In this document: positions 48,488-60,229 of the stretch, piece after piece | How positions within the stretch are numbered: position 1 is the first letter of the stretch | How the letters are laid out: the number at the start of each line of letters is the position of its first letter | DNA from: Trueperaceae bacterium | Lineage (GTDB): Bacteria; Deinococcota; Deinococci; Deinococcales; Trueperaceae | Assembly: GCA_034521815.1 (NCBI GenBank) | Contig: JAXHLW010000013.1 | Span: forward strand, 1,024,001-1,088,000 | Direction of reading: 5' to 3' | Length of the DNA stretch: 64,000 nucleotides | Notes under the pieces: model-generated | What the model was told of the DNA's origin: nothing | Database searches by the model: none | The model's input: only the letters and a program-made list of their open reading frames with translations | Made by a program: the position numbers and the translations under genes

Positions 48488-49526
48488 ATGGACGATCCTG
48501 GTCAGGCGTCGGGGCACGCGTCGGTTCACGCGGCTGGATCGTGCGCTGGGTCGTGCGCTGGTGTCCTGGTTCGAGCAGCGCGCCCGCCCGTTCCCATGGC
48601 GCACCGAGCGCACGCCGTACCGGGTCTGGGTGGCCGAGGCGATGCTGCAGCAAACGCGCGCCGAGACGGTCGTCCCCTACTTCCTGCGGTGGATGGACAC
48701 GTTCCCGACGGTGAGCGACCTCGCCCGTGCCGAGGTGGAGCAGGTGCTGGCGGCGTGGGAGGGCTTGGGCTACTACCGGAGAGCCCACGCCCTGCACCGA
48801 GCCGCTCGTCGGATCGTGACCTGCGACGGAGGCCGGTTTCCGAGCGACGAGGCGGGCTGGCGAAGCCTGCCCGGCGTCGGGCCGTACACCGCGGCGGCCG
48901 TGGCCGCCTTCGCGCTGGGGCACCGAACCGTCGCGGTCGACGGCAACGTTCGGCGCGTGGGCGCGCGCCTACGCGCCGACGCGGCGCCCGTCGACGCCGA
49001 GCTCAGGCAGACGCTGGCGCCCCTGCTCCCGGCCAGCGACCCCGCACGCGGCACCGAAGCGCTGATCGAGCTCGGAGCGACCGTGTGCAGCCCGCGCGCG
49101 CCGGACTGCGGGGCCTGTCCGCTCAGACCCGGCTGCGCAGGCGCCGCCATGGGCGAGCCGACCGCGTTCCCCGCCCGCCTCCGTCGCGCGTCCGTCCCGA
49201 CCCGTCGCCGCTGGGCGCTCGTCGCCCTCGACGAGGACCGCATCTGGCTGGAGCGACGGCCCGAAGGCGGGCTTCTGGGCGGTCTCTGGGGCGTGCCGCA
49301 GCGCGAGACCGCGCCGCACGGTCGCCCGCTTCCCGAGGTCCGCCACGCCTACTCGCACTTCGCGCTCCGGCTCGTGCCCGTCTTGGTGGACGGTGCTCCC
49401 CCGCCGCCCGAAGACGGGCGCGACGCCGGCTGGAGCGGGCCCGAGCAGCGTGCCCGGCTGCCGCTGTCGAAGGTCGACCGGATGGTTCTCTCTCGCCTCC
49501 GCGAGGCTGGCCTGCTAGCCTCGTGA
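48488..49526 (+). CDS. mutY: A/G-specific adenine glycosylase MutY (start uncertain; possible +1 indel near 48530)
   Basis: PWR..TPY...EAMLQQT, GLGYY, LPGVGPYTA, DGNVRRV, C-x6-C-x2-C-x5-C. Confidence 0.9.
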
Positions 49527-49527
49527 G

Positions 49528-49932
49528 GTGACGTTCCGAGTCCGTTTCGCCGAGACCGACCAGATGGGTGTCGCCCATCACGCCGCCTACGTCGTCTGGC
49601 TGGAAGCCGCCCGCGTCGAGTGGATGCGCGAGCGCGGGCTCTCCTACCGCGAAATGGAGGATTCCGGCGTCTCCATGGCGGTCTCCGGACTGGAGCTCCG
49701 CTACCGCCGTGCGGCGCGGTTCGACGATCTCCTACGGGTCGACTGTCGCCTGGTCGCGCTGCGGAGTCGCTACGGGCGCTACGCCTACCGACTCCTGAAC
49801 GAGCAGGACGAGCTCGTCGCCAGCGGAGCGACCGATCACGTCCCCACCGACCGTCGAGGCCGTGCGATGCGGCTTTCCAGCGCTTGGCTGGACGCGCTCG
49901 GGCCGCACGTGGAGCCCGAAGCGGGCGGCTGA
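49528..49932 (+). CDS. Acyl-CoA thioesterase (YbgC/4HBT family)
   Basis: VRFAETDQMGVAHHAAY..W.EAAR. Confidence 0.9.
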   Translation: MTFRVRFAETDQMGVAHHAAYVVWLEAARVEWMRERGLSYREMEDSGVSMAVSGLELRYRRAARFDDLLRVDCRLVALRSRYGRYAYRLLNEQDELVASGATDHVPTDRRGRAMRLSSAWLDALGPHVEPEAGG

Positions 49933-50035
49933 AGTGGTCGACGGCCTGCGTCCGCCTTAGGCGGCGCCCACGAGCACGGACGGGTATGCTCCGGTTCGAA
50001 CCGGCGCCGTGCGCGCCGCTGCGAGGTGAGACTGC

Positions 50036-51532
50036 GTGGACAGCATCGTGACCCGTCCCGAACCGACCGCCAACGTCGCCGCCGACAAGATCCGCGGAAC
50101 GGCGCTGACCTTCGACGACGTCCTGCTCGTCCCAGGCCGCTCCGACGTGCTGCCGCGCGACGTGCGCGTGAACGCGCGCTTTTCGCGCAACGTCCCGCTC
50201 GAGGTCCCGATCGTGTCGGCGGCGATGGACACGGTGACCGAGACCCGGATGGCGATCGCCCTGGCACGCCAGGGCGGGATCGGCGTTCTGCACAAGCGCA
50301 TGAGCATCGAGGCGCAGGCCTCCATGGCGCGAAAGGTCAAACGTAGCGAGTCGGGCATGATCGTCGACCCGATCACCCTGCCCCGGACCGCGCGCGTGCG
50401 CGACGCGGAACGCCTGATGCGCGAGTACCGCATCAGCGGCGTGCCGATCGTGGAGCCCGACGGCACGCTGGTCGGGATCCTCACCAACCGCGACCTGCGC
50501 TTCGAGGACGACATGGAACGCGGCGTCGAGGAGCTGATGACGAAAGAGGGCCTGATCACGGTCCCGGTGGGGACCACGCTGGAGCGCGCGAAGGAGATCC
50601 TGCGCACGCACAAGGTCGAGAAGCTCCTGGTGATCGACGACGAGCGCAAGCTGAGCGGCCTGATCACGATCAAGGACATCACCAAGAAGCTCGAGTATCC
50701 CAACGCCTCCAAGGACGCGCTGGGCCGGCTGCGGGTCGCCGCCGCCGTCGGCGCCGGCGGAGATCTCGAGGAGCGGGCCGCCGCCCTGGTCGAGGCGGGC
50801 GTCGACGCCTTGGTGATCGACAGCGCCCACGGCCACTCTCGGGGCGTGCTCGACGCCGTCGAGCTGGTGAAGACGCGCTTCGACGTCGACGTCGTCGCCG
50901 GCAACGTCGCGACCGCGGGCGCTGCCGAGGACCTGATCGATCGAGGCGCGGACGGCGTCAAGGTCGGTGTCGGACCGGGCTCGATCTGCACCACCCGCGT
51001 CGTCACGGGCGTAGGCATGCCGCAGCTGAGCGCCATCATGGAGGTGGCGCCGGTGACCGCCGCCGCGGGGGTTCCCCTCGTCGCCGACGGCGGCATCAAG
51101 CAGACGGGCGACGTGCCCAAGGCCATCGCGGCCGGCGCCTCGTGCATCATGGCCGGCTCGATGCTGGCCGGCACCAGCGAGGCGCCCGGCGAGGACATCC
51201 TCCGCGATGGCAGGCGCTACAAGGCGTACCGCGGAATGGGCAGTATGAGCGCGATGGAGGGCGGCAGCGCCGATCGATACTTCCAGGAGAATCAGACGAA
51301 ACTCGTGCCGGAGGGGATCGAGGGGATGGTTCCGTTCAAGGGACCGGTCGGCGACGTCGTCCACCAGATGATCGGCGGTCTCAGGAGCGCGATGGGCTAC
51401 TGCGGAACGCCCGACCTCGACTCGCTTCGCCGCGACGGCCGCTTCGTGACGATCACGCAGGCCAGTCTGATCGAGGGCCATCCGCACGACGTCACGGTCA
51501 CGAAGGACGCGCCCAACTACCAGCGGCGCTGA
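50036..51532 (+). CDS. guaB: IMP dehydrogenase with CBS pair
   Basis: [37 protein letters not shown]. Confidence 0.98.
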   Translation: MDSIVTRPEPTANVAADKIRGTALTFDDVLLVPGRSDVLPRDVRVNARFSRNVPLEVPIVSAAMDTVTETRMAIALARQGGIGVLHKRMSIEAQASMARKVKRSESGMIVDPITLPRTARVRDAERLMREYRISGVPIVEPDGTLVGILTNRDLRFEDDMERGVEELMTKEGLITVPVGTTLERAKEILRTHKVEKLLVIDDERKLSGLITIKDITKKLEYPNASKDALGRLRVAAAVGAGGDLEERAAALVEAGVDALVIDSAHGHSRGVLDAVELVKTRFDVDVVAGNVATAGAAEDLIDRGADGVKVGVGPGSICTTRVVTGVGMPQLSAIMEVAPVTAAAGVPLVADGGIKQTGDVPKAIAAGASCIMAGSMLAGTSEAPGEDILRDGRRYKAYRGMGSMSAMEGGSADRYFQENQTKLVPEGIEGMVPFKGPVGDVVHQMIGGLRSAMGYCGTPDLDSLRRDGRFVTITQASLIEGHPHDVTVTKDAPNYQRR

Positions 51533-51585
51533 GCCCCTCGCAGGTCCAGGCCATCGCGCAGGCGCCTGCGGTCCGGACGGCGGAG

Positions 51586-53172
51586 CTAAGGATCGATGGA
51601 CAGCGTCTGACGGCCCTCGGGCTCGAGCCCCTTCAGACGGTCCATGACCGGGCCGACGCCGAACTTCGAGAAGAACGAGAACGGTGAGAGCACGCGCTCC
51701 TGGGGCTGTCCGCCCGGGATCAGGTGCGCGCGCAGTCGCGCGAACTGGTCGGTCGTGATCCGGTCGCGCCGGGCCAGGGCGTCCGCGGCCTTGTCGCGCA
51801 GCCGCGACACGGTGAGGTCCAGCGCGGCATGCCCGCGCCGGACCGGACCGTCGAGCGTCGGATCCAACGCATCGATCTCGCCGAGCAGCGCAGCCACGTC
51901 GGTCTCGAGCCGGTCCGTCGTGCGCGCGAAGGCGTCCGCCGCGCCGTGAAGCTCCAGCAGCCGCTCGCGCTGCACGCGCTCCGGGTCGCTCGCGAACGCG
52001 TCGGCCGTCGTCTCGTGGCGGTCCAGGATCCTGGCGACCGGCGGCTCGAGCAGCGTGACCTGCGCGCGTGGCCAGACGGTGGGCATGGGAACCGCGTGGT
52101 GACGGTAGACGCCGCGCAGCTGCGAGAAGTAGCGCAGCTCGCCTGGGCCGACCACGACCGCGGCGGTCGGAAGCGCTCCGTCCTGAACGATCGGACGCAA
52201 GCCGGCGGCCGGCGTGATCGACGCGGGGTCGTCGTCGAGCCGTCCCAGCAGATCGTCGGCGGTCCAGCGCAGGTCGGGGCGCCCATCGGGGTGGAACCGG
52301 CGTCCGTCGAACCGCAACAGCAGACGGGGCCCGTCGTCCGCCTGCACGAACAGGTTCGTCGCGTCCGCGGCGCGCCCCAGCTGGGGACGCAGGCCGCGAC
52401 CCCGCAGCGCTTCGGCCGCCTCCCGAATCGCCTCGGGACCCGCGGTGGGCTCCGCGATCTCGTGCCGGAGCACGGGGCCGAAGCGTCGGGCGATCCGGGG
52501 ACGCATCGGGTCGAGGATCACCAGACCGTCGTCGCCGAAGAGCGACGCCAGGGTTCGGGCGAACACGTCGGCCACGGTGTCGCCCGACTCGCACGCCGAC
52601 CGCGCCAAGGCTCGCGCCTCGGCGGCGAGCGGGCCATCGCCGTACACGGCGCGAAGCCGCTCCGACACGGCGTCGGTCCAGTCGCGTCTCCACGGCGTAC
52701 GGCCGGAAGGCTGCCCCTCCGGGAACGGCAACGACAGCCGGACGAGCTCCTCGTCGTTCCCCAGCAGCCAGGCGTGATCGATCTCGGCCGCGTCGTGATC
52801 CTGCGACGCCACCCAGAACACCGCCACGACCGGTCGCTCGGGCGTGTCGAGACGCTTCGCGAGCCGGATCGCCGTGATCGCTTTCGACAGCGTGAACATG
52901 GGGCCGAGGAGCAGCCCGGCCTGCTGGCCGGTCACGATCGCCCGCGTACGCGGATCGGCGAGCCTCTCGATCGCGGCCAGCTGGGCCGGTCGGTCGCCGC
53001 GCTCGCGCGCCTGGTCCGCCAACGCTGCGGCCAGACCGCCGGGGTCGTCCACCGGCGCCCGGTCCAGCCCTCCCTCGAGATCCAGGGCAGGTCGATCGAA
53101 CAGATCGTCCAGCGCGCCGGCGGCGTAGCGGTCGAGAAACGTTGGGCTGCCGTCGGTCGCGGGATCGATCAC
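51586..53172 (-). CDS. bshC: Bacillithiol biosynthesis cysteine-adding enzyme
   Basis: VTGQQAG..GP, FWVASQDHD, LRPIVQD..LP, GPGELRY, PQERV; alternative start ATG 53193. Confidence 0.9.
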   Translation of the reverse strand: MIDPATDGSPTFLDRYAAGALDDLFDRPALDLEGGLDRAPVDDPGGLAAALADQARERGDRPAQLAAIERLADPRTRAIVTGQQAGLLLGPMFTLSKAITAIRLAKRLDTPERPVVAVFWVASQDHDAAEIDHAWLLGNDEELVRLSLPFPEGQPSGRTPWRRDWTDAVSERLRAVYGDGPLAAEARALARSACESGDTVADVFARTLASLFGDDGLVILDPMRPRIARRFGPVLRHEIAEPTAGPEAIREAAEALRGRGLRPQLGRAADATNLFVQADDGPRLLLRFDGRRFHPDGRPDLRWTADDLLGRLDDDPASITPAAGLRPIVQDGALPTAAVVVGPGELRYFSQLRGVYRHHAVPMPTVWPRAQVTLLEPPVARILDRHETTADAFASDPERVQRERLLELHGAADAFARTTDRLETDVAALLGEIDALDPTLDGPVRRGHAALDLTVSRLRDKAADALARRDRITTDQFARLRAHLIPGGQPQERVLSPFSFFSKFGVGPVMDRLKGLEPEGRQTLSIDP

Positions 53173-53264
53173 GCCGGACGGTACCCCGCGCATCGGCCGC
53201 GCTTGGAGTCGCACCCTACCCGGACCGCCGAGGACCGGCGCCTCTCGTCGCGGGCGCCTGCGCC

Positions 53265-53666
53265 TCAGTCGCCGGGCGCGCCCTCGCCCACCGGCATGTC
53301 CCGCGTGGCGACGACGTCGATCCCGGTGCCCAGCACGTCGGCCATCACCAGGTCGCCCATCGTCACGGGAGCGCGCATGCGCACCTCGTGCAGCGCGTCG
53401 CACAGGGCCTGGACCTTGGGCTTCGGAATCGGCTCGGCCGTCTTGACCGGTAGCCTGGCCCAGCGGCCGCCGTCGACCCGGACCGTCGTCGACACCGAAC
53501 GCCTCGGGTCGGTGAACTCCTGGTGGGCGAACGTCTTTCCTCGCTTGCAGGAGAACCCGCGAACCTCGACCACCTCGTCGTCCTTCGCCTCGACCTCGAG
53601 ACGGCATCCGAGCGGGCATCCGGTGCACAGGTAGTGGTGCGTTCGGGTGGCGGCGTCCTCGCTCAC
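53265..53666 (-). CDS. DUF1667-type small Cys-rich protein
   Basis: CTGCPLGC...CKRG..A..E..DPRR..STTV...LPVKT..PIPK. Confidence 0.85.
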   Translation of the reverse strand: MSEDAATRTHHYLCTGCPLGCRLEVEAKDDEVVEVRGFSCKRGKTFAHQEFTDPRRSVSTTVRVDGGRWARLPVKTAEPIPKPKVQALCDALHEVRMRAPVTMGDLVMADVLGTGIDVVATRDMPVGEGAPGD

Positions 53667-54943
53667 GCTTTCGCTCCTTCCTCACGGGAGACGACGTCGA
53701 TCTTCAGCGTGTCGCCGTGGAACTCCTTCAGGATTCGTGGCCGGACCTTGACCGTCACCATCTCGCCCGGGAACGCGTACCGCAACGGTCGCGCATGCAC
53801 GTCTCCCAGCTTCAGCGTGCACGCTTCGAACGGGCGCGTGACCCGCATGTGCACGACGTGCTCGCGCTCGGTCGAGATCGTGTGGGGCACGCAGTAGCGC
53901 ACGTTGTCACCCGGCACCAGGCGGACGTTGTCCGGCTCGGGAGCCTGTCCGCTCGCGTAGGCGCCCGCCGATCTGCCCGCCAACATCGCTTCCTCGCTGA
54001 CATGGTCCACGATGTCGTGCACGTGAACGACGTTGCCGCAGGCGAAGACGCCGTTCCGCGACGTCTCCATCGAGCCGCTCACCACCGGTCCGCCCGTTGC
54101 CGGGTCGAGTCGGAGGCGAAGCTGGCGGGAGAGCTCGTTCTCGGGAATCAGCCCGATCGACAGCAGCACCGTGTCGCACGCCACGTCGCTCCCCTGGTCC
54201 TCCAGCACCGTGAAGCCCTCTCCGACCGGCGCGACCGTCACCTTGTCGACGCGCTCGTGACCGTGGATCCGAGCGACCGTGGTCGACAGGTGGAGCGGAA
54301 TGTCGAAGTCGTGAAGACACTGCACGATGTTGCGGTTCGAGCCGTTCGCGTGCGCCATCAGCTCGTACACGCCGACCACCTCGGCGCCCTCGAGCACCAG
54401 CCGGCGCGCCATGATCAGACCGATGTCGCCCGATCCCAGGATCGCGACGCGCTTGCCCGGCATGTACCCCGCCTGATTCACGAGCTTCTGCGCGAAGCCG
54501 GCGGTCATCACGCCGGCCGGGCGTTGTCCCGGGATGCGGATCGCTCCACGCGTCCGCTCGCGTGCGCCCATCGCCAGCACCACCGCCGAGCCGGCGACGG
54601 TCCGCATGCCGTAGCGCTCGGACATCAACCGGACGCCCAGGTCGCCCTCGGCGTCCAGGACGTAGGCGTCGGTCAGGATGTCGATCTCGTGCTCGATGAC
54701 CTGCTCGAAGAACCGTTGCGCGTACTCCGGACCGGTCAGCTCTTCGCCGAACCAGTGAAGGCCGAAGCCGGAGTGGATGCACTGGTGCAGGATGCCGCCC
54801 GCCTCGCCCTCGCGGTCCACGATCAGCACGCGCTCCGCGCCCGCCTCTCGGGCGCCCAGGGCGGCCGCCATGCCGGCCGGTCCGCCCCCGACGATGATCA
54901 CGTCGTAGCTCGTCGCGAGCTGCTCGAATCGGTCAGTGACCAC
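53663..54943 (-). CDS. NAD(P)/FAD-dependent oxidoreductase
   Basis: [46 protein letters not shown]. Confidence 0.88.
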   Translation of the reverse strand: MVTDRFEQLATSYDVIIVGGGPAGMAAALGAREAGAERVLIVDREGEAGGILHQCIHSGFGLHWFGEELTGPEYAQRFFEQVIEHEIDILTDAYVLDAEGDLGVRLMSERYGMRTVAGSAVVLAMGARERTRGAIRIPGQRPAGVMTAGFAQKLVNQAGYMPGKRVAILGSGDIGLIMARRLVLEGAEVVGVYELMAHANGSNRNIVQCLHDFDIPLHLSTTVARIHGHERVDKVTVAPVGEGFTVLEDQGSDVACDTVLLSIGLIPENELSRQLRLRLDPATGGPVVSGSMETSRNGVFACGNVVHVHDIVDHVSEEAMLAGRSAGAYASGQAPEPDNVRLVPGDNVRYCVPHTISTEREHVVHMRVTRPFEACTLKLGDVHARPLRYAFPGEMVTVKVRPRILKEFHGDTLKIDVVSREEGAKA

Positions 54944-56369
54944 CGTCGGCCTCCAGCCTGGGCAGCGCGACCCACGATCCGCCGCCCCGCTTCGTCACGG
55001 CCGGGACAGGGATGTCGGCCTCGCTGGAGAGGAGCTCCATGCAACGCCAGGTGCAGAAACCGCCCTGGCAGCGGCCCATCCCGGCCCGCGTCCGGAACTT
55101 CAGACCGTCCAGCGTGCGCGCACCGCGCTCGATCGCGTCCACCACCTCGCCTTCGGTGACGATCTCGCAGCGGCACACGATGCGGCCGTAGCTCGGGTCG
55201 CTCGCGACCAGCTCGGCCTGCCGTTCGGGCGAGGCCATGGCGAAGCGCACGGGCGGCTTCACCCGAGGATCGAAGTCGGGGTCGGCCTGGAGCTCCAAAC
55301 CCTCGTCCCGCAGGATCCCGACGACCATCTCCGCGAGCGCCGGCGCAGCCGTCAGACCGGGCGACTGAATCCCGGCGGCCTGCACGAACCCGGGCACGTC
55401 GGTCGGACCGACCACGAAGTCCTCGCCCTCCGCGACGGCCCGCAGCCCGGCGAACTCGGCGATGCAGTCGCGCTCGCTGATCCCGGGCGCGAGCCGCCGG
55501 ACCTTCTCGAACACCTCCGACGCCCCCTCGGCCGTGGTGGTCAGGTCGTCCTTCGTCGCCCAGTGAGCGGTCGGGCCCACCATGAGCGTTCCGTCGTACG
55601 TCGGGATGATCAGCACCCCCTTCGACGTCGGGGTGGGGCTGGGGAAGATCAGGCGCTTCACGTAGCCCTGGAGGCGCTTGTCCAGAAGGTACTCCTCGCC
55701 TTTGCGGGCCCGGATCGTGGGGCCGGCCAGGCCCACCATCGCCGCGATCTCGTCGGCGAACAGGCCCGCCGCATTCACGACGAAGCGCGCCTCGACCGCA
55801 CCGTTCCGACCGTGGACCCGGAAGCCGCCGTCGATCCGCTCGATCGAGGTCACCGGGTCGTCGAACGAGGTGGTCACGCCGTTCGCGTGCGCGTTCTCGG
55901 CCAGGGTGAAGCACGCCTCGTACGGGTTCACGACGCCGGCCGTCGGCGCGAACAGCGCCTCGACGATCTCGTGCGACAGGGCCGGCTCCTCGCGGCGAAC
56001 GCGCTCCGCGTCCCAGCGCTCCAGTCCGGTCACCCCTTTCTCCCTACCCTGCGTCTCGAGCTCGGCGAGCGTCCGCAGGTCGTCGTCGTCGAACGCGACG
56101 GTCAGCTCGCCGATTCGGTCGAAGCCGAATCCGAGCTCGTCGGCCAGGCGGTCCCACGCCTGGTTGCCCTGCCATTCGAGACGTCCTTTGAGCGTCGCGG
56201 GGTCGCCGTGATGACCGGCGTGGATGATGCCGCTGTTCGCCTTGCTGGTGCCGAAGCCCGCCTCGCACTCCTTGTCCATCAGGAGCACCTTCGAGCGGTA
56301 GCGCGACAGCTCGCGCGCCACCGCGCAGCCGACGACTCCTGCACCGACGATGATCACGTCGTAGCGCAT
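54933..56369 (-). CDS. GlpA/LhgO-like FAD oxidoreductase with C-terminal BFD-like [2Fe-2S] domain
   Basis: [35 protein letters not shown]...[14 protein letters not shown]. Confidence 0.88.
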   Translation of the reverse strand: MRYDVIIVGAGVVGCAVARELSRYRSKVLLMDKECEAGFGTSKANSGIIHAGHHGDPATLKGRLEWQGNQAWDRLADELGFGFDRIGELTVAFDDDDLRTLAELETQGREKGVTGLERWDAERVRREEPALSHEIVEALFAPTAGVVNPYEACFTLAENAHANGVTTSFDDPVTSIERIDGGFRVHGRNGAVEARFVVNAAGLFADEIAAMVGLAGPTIRARKGEEYLLDKRLQGYVKRLIFPSPTPTSKGVLIIPTYDGTLMVGPTAHWATKDDLTTTAEGASEVFEKVRRLAPGISERDCIAEFAGLRAVAEGEDFVVGPTDVPGFVQAAGIQSPGLTAAPALAEMVVGILRDEGLELQADPDFDPRVKPPVRFAMASPERQAELVASDPSYGRIVCRCEIVTEGEVVDAIERGARTLDGLKFRTRAGMGRCQGGFCTWRCMELLSSEADIPVPAVTKRGGGSWVALPRLEADGGH

Positions 56370-56509
56370 GCTTCCCCTTCCTGATGAGGACTCTCGTCCG
56401 ACCATGCCCAAAGCGTCGCGCGCTGGCGCCCGCTTGACCAGGGACGAACGTCGCGACGAGGCCACGCCTGCCGTGTTCGGCCTCGGGAGCCCGTGCTATC
56501 CTCCCCGCC

Positions 56510-57304
56510 GTGTCCGAAGCGACCCCCGCCCAGGCAGGCACGGGCGCGCCCTCCCTCCTGAACGTCGATCTCGTCCCGGTCCCCGCGGACCGTCGCGACG
56601 AGGCCGCGTACCGCGACGTGGTCATCGTGGTCGACGTGCTCAGGACGACCACCACCCTGCCGATCCTGTTCGACCGAGGGCTCGAGGGGGTCCGGCTCTC
56701 GCCCAGCCTGCGCGTCGCCCGCCTGTGCGCGAACGACGACGGCGAGCTGCTCATCGGCGAGCGGCGCGGCCTTCCGCCCGAAGGCTTCAATCACGGGAAC
56801 TCGCCCGCCACGCTGCAGCATCACGACTTCACCGGGCGGCGTGCGGTGATGGTGTCCGAGAACGCGCCCGCGGTGCTGCCGCACGTGGCGTCGGCACGCC
56901 GCGTCGTGCTGGCCTCGCTGGTGAACGCGGGCGCAGCGGTCCAGGACGCGGCCCGCCACGCGCACGAGCGGATCGACCTGGTCTGTTGCGGGTTTCGGGG
57001 TCAGGCCGATCTGGACGATCTGCTGACGGCAGGATTCCTGGTGGACCGGCTGCGCCGTCTGCGGCCCGACCTGGAGCTGGCCGGCGCGGCCCGGATGGCG
57101 CAAGACCTGGTTCACGCCGAGGCGGAGCCCCTGCGGCTGCTGTGGAGCTCGAGAACCGGGCGCTACCTGCGGCGACTCGGGCTCGAGCGCGACCTCGGCG
57201 TGGCCGCCGACATCGATCGATCGTCCGTCGTTCCGCTCCTGTCAGAGCCTCAACAGCGGCACGGCGGCACGCTCTTCCCGTTCCGACCGGCCGATGACGA
57301 TTGA
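56510..57304 (+). CDS. comB: 2-phosphosulfolactate phosphatase family protein
   Basis: VVDVLRTTTT, GERRG..PEGF..GNSP, ASLVNA. Confidence 0.82.
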   Translation: MSEATPAQAGTGAPSLLNVDLVPVPADRRDEAAYRDVVIVVDVLRTTTTLPILFDRGLEGVRLSPSLRVARLCANDDGELLIGERRGLPPEGFNHGNSPATLQHHDFTGRRAVMVSENAPAVLPHVASARRVVLASLVNAGAAVQDAARHAHERIDLVCCGFRGQADLDDLLTAGFLVDRLRRLRPDLELAGAARMAQDLVHAEAEPLRLLWSSRTGRYLRRLGLERDLGVAADIDRSSVVPLLSEPQQRHGGTLFPFRPADDD

Positions 57305-58040
57305 GTCCGACGTCGAGGGCCGACCGCCCCGCGTCTCCGTTCTGGGCCATCCGCTCGATCCCGTCGACCTGACGACCGCCGCTCGGCTCGTCCTGGAGCA
57401 GGCCTCGTCCGAACGGCCGGGCACGGTCGTCACGCTGAACCCCGAGATCGTGGTGCGCGCCCGCGCCGACGAAGCGCTACGCGACGCCATCGCGTCGGCC
57501 GACCTTTGCGTCGCCGACGGCGTCGGCATCGTCTGGGCCGCTGAACGCGCAGGAATCCGCATGCCGGGGCGCGTGCCGGGCGTCGAGCTGACCGAGCGCG
57601 TGCTCGAGCTCGGAGGACCTGGCCTGCCCGTCTACTTCCTGGGGGGCAGGCCGGGCGTAGCCGCTCGGGCCGCCCAGGCCGCGCACGACCGGTTCGGCGT
57701 CCGGATCGCCGGTGCCCGTGACGGCTACTTCTCGGCGGGTGACGATGGCGAGGTCGCGGACGCCATCCGAGACAGCGGCGCGCGTCTGCTGCTGGCGGGA
57801 CTGGGCGAGCGTCAGGAGACGTTCGTCGCGCAGCAGCGCTCGCGTTTCGGACCGCTGGTCGCGATCGGCGTCGGGGGCACCCTGGACGTGCTGGCGGGCG
57901 AGGCGCGGAGGACCCCTGCTTGGACGCGCCGGCTGGGGATCGAGTGGGCGTGGCGGGTCGGGACCGATCCCGCCCGCTGGCACCGTGCGCCGCGGTTGGC
58001 GCGCTTCGTGCTGCTGACGCTGCGGGACGCCCGGCGTTAG
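57294..58040 (+). CDS. WecB/TagA/CpsF family glycosyltransferase
   Basis: VTLNPE, ADGVGIVWA, RVPGVEL, DGYF, GVGGTLDV, GIEW.WR. Confidence 0.9.
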   Translation: MTIESDVEGRPPRVSVLGHPLDPVDLTTAARLVLEQASSERPGTVVTLNPEIVVRARADEALRDAIASADLCVADGVGIVWAAERAGIRMPGRVPGVELTERVLELGGPGLPVYFLGGRPGVAARAAQAAHDRFGVRIAGARDGYFSAGDDGEVADAIRDSGARLLLAGLGERQETFVAQQRSRFGPLVAIGVGGTLDVLAGEARRTPAWTRRLGIEWAWRVGTDPARWHRAPRLARFVLLTLRDARR

Positions 58041-58049
58041 GCCGACACC

Positions 58050-59243
58050 TCAGGCCAAGCCGGAGCGGAACGCGTCCACGAACTGCTGAGCGGTGCGTCC
58101 CGAGTAGCCGTTGCCGGACCTCGCGAACAGGTCGGCTCGCCGCTCCAGGTCGTCGCCATCGACGCCGTCGCGCACGGAGAGGTGCCGCACGATCGCCAGG
58201 TAGCGGCGACGGTCCGCGGACGGGAACGTCACCAGCAAGCCGAAACGGTCGGCCAGCGCCAGCCGTTCGTGCTGCGTGTCCCAGGCGTGCACGTCGTCGT
58301 CCAGGGGATCGGGCCGGTCGCGGAGCCGTTCCTGGACCAAGTGGCGGCGGTTGCTGGTCGCGTACAGCCGAACGTTGTCGGGCCGCTCGGCCACGCTCCC
58401 CTCCAGCAACGACTTGAGCGGATGGTAGCCGGCGTCTCCCGCCTCGAACGACAGGTCGTCCACGAACAGCAGGAAGCGCTCCGGTCGATCGCGGAGGCGC
58501 GACACCACGGTAGGCAGGTCGCTCAGCGCCTCGGGGGGGACCTCGACGAGTCGCAGGCCTTCGCTGGCGTAGCGCGTCAACAGACCGCGCACCACGGTCG
58601 ATTTGCCGCTCCCGCGGGGTCCGTACAACAGGGCGTGCATCGCGGGGTCTCCGCGCAGGAACGCCTCGGTGTTGGCCGTCAGGGCGTCGACCGGCTCGGC
58701 CAGGCCGTGCAGCCTCGCCAGGTCGGGAGCCGCGGGCCGCTCGACCCCGACCAGCGCGACACCGCTCCAGCGTAGCGCTCGGAACCGTCCCAGCGGGCCC
58801 CCGCCGTGGTCGCGACGCCAAGCGAGAACGCGCGCGGTGGTCTGGTCCGCGTCGGCGTCGTCGCGCAAGCGGCGCGCCAGCTCGGCGACGATGCCCGTCG
58901 AGGGTGCGGCCAACGCCTCGAGCGCTGGCGCGTGGTCCGGTCGCGAGCGTTCGGCCCGCCGCCAGCGCTCCAGATCGCTCGCGAGACGAGCGACGTCGAT
59001 CGTCAACGCCGAACGAAGTCCGGGCGCGTCGTGCGCCTTGCTCCACGCCGGGCAGCTGCCGAACGCCAATGCGTCCGCCGCAGCGCTGTACGGATCGGCC
59101 AGATCGAGCTCGACCAGCGAGCGCAGCACCGTTCGGCGAGCCTCGCCGTCGTCCGAGCCGGCCTCCCCGAGTCGTCGCAGGGCCGGCCACCACGGAAGAT
59201 CGTCCGCGAGCAGGTACAGCGGCGCGCCGAGAGCGGCGCTCAT
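58050..59243 (-). CDS. DUF815 family AAA+ ATPase
   Basis: GPRGSGKST, FVDDLSFE, LKSLLEG, YATSNRRHL, LADRFGL. Confidence 0.88.
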   Translation of the reverse strand: MSAALGAPLYLLADDLPWWPALRRLGEAGSDDGEARRTVLRSLVELDLADPYSAAADALAFGSCPAWSKAHDAPGLRSALTIDVARLASDLERWRRAERSRPDHAPALEALAAPSTGIVAELARRLRDDADADQTTARVLAWRRDHGGGPLGRFRALRWSGVALVGVERPAAPDLARLHGLAEPVDALTANTEAFLRGDPAMHALLYGPRGSGKSTVVRGLLTRYASEGLRLVEVPPEALSDLPTVVSRLRDRPERFLLFVDDLSFEAGDAGYHPLKSLLEGSVAERPDNVRLYATSNRRHLVQERLRDRPDPLDDDVHAWDTQHERLALADRFGLLVTFPSADRRRYLAIVRHLSVRDGVDGDDLERRADLFARSGNGYSGRTAQQFVDAFRSGLA

Positions 59244-60175
59244 GCGTCATCCTCGAGACCGATCGGCAGGCGAGGGGTCTCGGCGCCGTGCGGGTCGTCG
59301 TGCACCCTGTCCCTCCCCGGTGTCGCCCTCCGCTCGAGCCAGAGCCGGACCGCCCGCTCGCCCGCATCGATCGCGACGGGCGTGCGGTGGAAGTCCCACC
59401 AGGCGATCGGAGGCGCGACGCTCACCATCTGCGCGCCCCTCGGTGCCCGGGCGTCGTGCCGGTAGCTTCTGAGCGAGAGCGACAGTCCGATCACCAGACG
59501 GCTCCACGGGTTTCCGCCCTGCAGCCGTCCCGCGCTCCGATGCAGCCAACCGCCGACCCCGCTTCGGTCCAGCCAGCGCAAACGCGCCAGCGCCGTCGAG
59601 CCGGCCAAGTCCAGCCCGGCGTGGATGCCCAGCATGCGCGTCGGCCCGAGCTGGGCCAGAGCCGCGAACGGCACGGGCTCGACGAAGCCGCCGTCGACGA
59701 GGTCTCGTCCATCGATCCGTACCGACGCGAACACGCCGGGAAGGGCGGACGACGCCCGCACGGCCAGGGCCACCGATCCCTTGCGCAGAACGACGGGAGC
59801 GCCGGTCCTCAGATCCGTCGCGGCGATCGCGAGCGGGCGCTCGGCGTCCTCGATCCTCGCTCCGTAGAACACCTTCCGGTCCAGCCAGGTCGCGAGGCGC
59901 TCGCCGTGCACCAGCGCAGCGCGGTGCAGCCCGAAATCGAGGCTCTGCGCCCACAGCTCCATCACGTTCTGGCCACGAACGACTCTCTCGATCTCGAGCG
60001 CGGGCGCGCCCAGCGCAGCCATCGCCGCGATGATCGCCCCGAAGCTGGTGCCCGAGAACGCGACCGGCGCTTCGCCGGCATCCTCGAGCGCCTTCAGCGC
60101 CCCGACGTGAGCCGCTCCGCGGGCGGTTCCGCCGCCGAGCGCCAACCCGATGCCGTGCCCGACCTCTCCGTTCAC
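59240..60175 (-). CDS. Patatin-like phospholipase
   Basis: LGGGTARGAAHVG, GTSFG, RASSALPG, DGG. Confidence 0.92.
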   Translation of the reverse strand: MNGEVGHGIGLALGGGTARGAAHVGALKALEDAGEAPVAFSGTSFGAIIAAMAALGAPALEIERVVRGQNVMELWAQSLDFGLHRAALVHGERLATWLDRKVFYGARIEDAERPLAIAATDLRTGAPVVLRKGSVALAVRASSALPGVFASVRIDGRDLVDGGFVEPVPFAALAQLGPTRMLGIHAGLDLAGSTALARLRWLDRSGVGGWLHRSAGRLQGGNPWSRLVIGLSLSLRSYRHDARAPRGAQMVSVAPPIAWWDFHRTPVAIDAGERAVRLWLERRATPGRDRVHDDPHGAETPRLPIGLEDDA

Positions 60176-60229
60176 GCGGTCATGCTACGACGCCCGGAGC
60201 GCCTCTGGGGCGGTGGTACCATGCCGGCG

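Noticed and set aside
49940-50035. Purine riboswitch upstream of guaB
   Set aside because: Leader after the TATGCT -10 is only about 40 nt and lacks the purine aptamer core
56510-57304. comB as evidence of coenzyme M biosynthesis
   Set aside because: Standalone ComB-family phosphatases are widespread in bacteria and no comA/comC/comDE genes are present
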